This document shows positions 60,845 through 64,000 of a stretch of 64,000 nucleotides of DNA, in pieces; position 1 is the stretch's first letter; each line of letters starts with the position of its first letter. The DNA lies in contig JBEWZL010000238.1 in assembly GCA_045837725.1 (NCBI GenBank), positions 1-64,000 of the forward strand, in the 5' to 3' direction. The translations under genes and the position numbers were made by a program. The notes beneath the pieces were generated by a model, which was given only the letters and a program-made list of their open reading frames with translations, was not told where the DNA came from and ran no database searches. The DNA is from Vermamoeba vermiformis (taxonomy: Eukaryota).

Positions 60845-62825
60845 TTATTTCACCTCTTCACCGCTCTTCGGCGAGGACTTGGTTTCCTTATTTGGATCAT
60901 TGTCACGTGGCGAGGCAGGGATCAGTTGAATGGAGTTCACGCGTCGTTGTGGCCCCGAGCCAGTGCGCGCGTGTTTCAAATTGTTGTTGGAGGCTGCTTT
61001 GACGGGAGTGTTGGTCAGACTCAGACTCTGACTCGGCCCTGGTCGAATTTTGTTGATGTCACTCGAGGACCAGCGCGTCATGTTTGACAGCAAGTAGTCT
61101 TTTTTCAGCGCGGGGGATGGCACTTTGCCAGCGCGCAACTGTTTGGCGTGCATGTGATGTCTGTTGGGGTCAGTCAGTGGACTATATTGCCAAATTAGGC
61201 AAGTACATACTTAAATGAGAGATCTCGCTTTGCGCGCAGGAGAGGCATGCGCTGCATCACCCAGGACAGTGGCATTTGTTCGAGTTTTTCCGCGGTGAAG
61301 TCGCTCTTGACCGTCGGGAACAAGAGTTTTTCCTTGATGGAGATCAGCACGTCGTCCATGTAGTCTAAATTTAGCTTCTGAGTGGTCGCATCGATCGTGC
61401 TGGCATCTATTTTTGGCGCATGCTTTAATGTGCGGGCACGTGGAGTGTGTGGCACTGTGTCACTCGATATACTACCGCGACGGAAATTGCCTGTTGACAG
61501 GTGTCACTTGTCAGCACGTGTTTCACTGAATCAAAATGTCACTTACCGATCTGTGACACGCTGTTTGACACGCGTCGAGCCTTATTTGGAGTAGTGCCTT
61601 TGATGCTGCGTGGTGACTCGCTCTCCTCCGAAGTGCTATTATTAGTGCTGCTATTATTAGCACTCGAGTTGATCGTGCTCGGTGGTCGCGCGCGCTTTGA
61701 ACTTCTCTTTTTGAGTGTGCGCTTCTTGTCTTTGCTCGCGTTCTTTTCACTGCCATTTTTGTCTTTGCCGATGTTCGAGTCGGTGGCACTCGCACCCACC
61801 ACCGCGCCAGTGCTGTTGACAATCTCGCGCGGACTGGTGTTATTTTTAGCGCGCGGACTGGTGTTATTTTTGGCGCGCGGACTGGTGTCATTTTTAGCGC
61901 GGGGACTGTTCCGCGGACTGATCTGGTCACGTGGACTGATTTGATCACGTGGACTGTTCGGTGCGCCGCTGCTATTATTAGCGCGGGGACTGATCACGTG
62001 CTCGATCAGGGCGTGACTGCTGCCCACTGAGCGCGTGTGCCGATGTCGACCAGTGCGTGGCGAGCGCGGACTGACTGGCAGAGGTGGCACTTTGACACGT
62101 GGTGTCACTGGCTCATCACTGATGGGTGGTGTGGCGGTGTCAGCTGTTTGACACGTGTCACTTGAGGTATTGAGCGTTGTGTTTATTGAACTGTCGTCGG
62201 AATTATTTGTGTTGGTGCTATTAATAGTCGCAGCTGCCTCCGTGTTCTGTGTTGTTCCGCTGTCCAGTGATGGTGTCGATTGAATTGTTCCGCTGTCATT
62301 GGCTGGTGGATGTGTGGACACTGCAGCAGTCTCTGTTTGACGCGTGTCATTTGCTGTGTTGGGAGTTGAATTCTCCGCAGTCCCAGAGCTCGGATCAGGC
62401 TCCGACGCTGTGACGGAGATTGGTCCCGCACTGAATTCGGGTTCGGGTTCCCGAATTTCCTCTTCGGGCACTGGCTGTGCGAGCAGGGCTGTGATCTCGT
62501 TCAGTGAAAATGAACGCGTCAGACCACGTGATCGACGATCTCCCGGTGTATCTGCTCGCACTTCCGGACTCGGGACCGGTGTGTTGGCGATATTTCCTAT
62601 TTTGGAAGTGCTATTATTAGCCCCACCGCGTGCAGTTTTGGGAGCTTTGTCGCTGTTGTTGACAGCAGTGCTGGGCTCTTTGATGTCCGCTTTGATGAGC
62701 GAGAACAGCGCCTTGTTGAAGGTGTCGCCCGTGCGACTCGTGCCACGTGACTTGGACATCTCGTTCATGAATGTCACCGACCACTTGGCAGTCGGATCTA
62801 CTTTTTTCTTCTCTCCAAACGACAT
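60845..62825 (-). CDS. Low-complexity Ser/Thr/Asn/Pro-rich protein with SPR repeats (5' end uncertain)
   Basis: ORFs 61539-62825, 61195-61455 and 60845-61153 are linked by GT-AG introns. 24-bp NNTSPRAK repeats lie at ~61825-61910. Confidence 0.65.
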
Positions 62826-64000
62826 GATGTATGTGAACTGAGTTCAGTATATATTTATATGCCTAATGTTGAGTAGTGTAATCAATTGGCGCAGTGGACT
62901 TGATGATCTGAAAATTAAACGGAGCGGTTAGTTAAGACTCGGAGGAAATAGGGAAATTAAGGACTCGAAAGTACTCCATTAGTAGTTATATCAAATACGT
63001 ATAATATGATTTGTATGGAAATTTAATCCACATTCAATCAATATTGAATCTCGATCTAAAATGTCAAATTGAATAATGCAATTCTGGACCGCGCAACGAC
63101 TGAATTATTGTTATAATTATAGTGTATATTATTATTAAGATCTAGCATTGCAAATAAACTTAAAGAGTGATTAGGCGTTATTAAATTATTACCTCTTTTC
63201 GACCGCGTGACACTTTGAGTGGAATTCGAGCCAATAGACAGTGAATAATATAGCTACACAATACTCCTCGAGTCTAGTAATAGCTGTGCACTGAATTCAA
63301 AATTCCAGATCGAGTCCACGGAAGTGGGTTTCGAAATTGAGCCGTGAAGCACAGAGTAATGGCAATGCGTTAATACACCGCGTTGAATATCTTCAGTGCC
63401 GCAGAGCTGTTTGAATGCCGCACAACGAATGCAATAATCAGCTGTTGGACCAGCGCACTTTTGACGTGACACGCGAGTTGACATTTGACCAGGCAGATTC
63501 AACGCACTTAGTGGTGAATTATGAGGAGATGTATCTCATGCACACTAGCACCGATGAATGAATACACTTGGCATCAGCATTAGGAATGAAGACGGATTCG
63601 CCACTTTTCGTTTCCGTCAACTGGTCGCACGCTTGCAATCAGTAGTGACCAGAATCAGGGTACGAATTGAACCTCACTGTTGTGCGAGTGCAGCCTCAAC
63701 AGACAACAGTGACGCGACTGACACCTTACAGAAGCACGAAGAAAGTTCGAGGGAGAGTTCCGCGCCCAAGAAACAGAATCAGCGACTGTTGTGCGCGGTG
63801 TGTTTACGTGTCGTGCGTGTCGATCATCACAACTCCTCATATCACATCAAATAGCTCGTACATGTATTGAGACAGATCAGATCTGATTATTCAACACAAT
63901 GAAATTCGTATTCAGCATGCGCGGCATTCAAAGGCCATCAATAGCTGCATATTGTATATTAGTATCACTATTATTGGGTGCTACTGCCACAGGTAAATAC

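Overview
Eukaryotic (protist-like) genomic DNA with short GT-AG introns, in two distinct halves. Positions ~1-33237 are AT-rich and, by eye, strongly CpG-depleted. They look like the right-hand part of a very large, partly decayed DNA-transposon-like island. It carries a NEIL1-like Fpg/Nei glycosylase, a 12-unit palindromic tandem array, chromodomain relics, a RAG1/Transib-like DDE transposase remnant and nested TIR elements, one of which captured a piece of a neighbouring gene. It also holds a dense ~25 kb cluster of tailoring and glycosylation genes: FkbH-like HAD, a DMATS-prenyltransferase::UGT fusion, two GMC oxidoreductases, an ABC half-transporter, a BBE-like FAD oxidase, a P450, GT7, GT8, GT32, a sterol-GT-like GT1, an FMO and a polysaccharide pyruvyltransferase. 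The island ends at a Transib-like terminus (CCACAGTG, 33230-33237). Positions ~33240-64000 are ordinary CpG-rich host chromosome with housekeeping genes (PPIL1-like cyclophilin, mitochondrial bL36, calponin-like, TPR, Rsm22/METTL17, bromodomain, MVD, prefoldin 5, EDC4, P3A H+-ATPase and others) plus two copies of a ~0.9 kb dispersed repeat. All family calls come from motifs recognised by eye. Exon boundaries and some gene ends are approximate.
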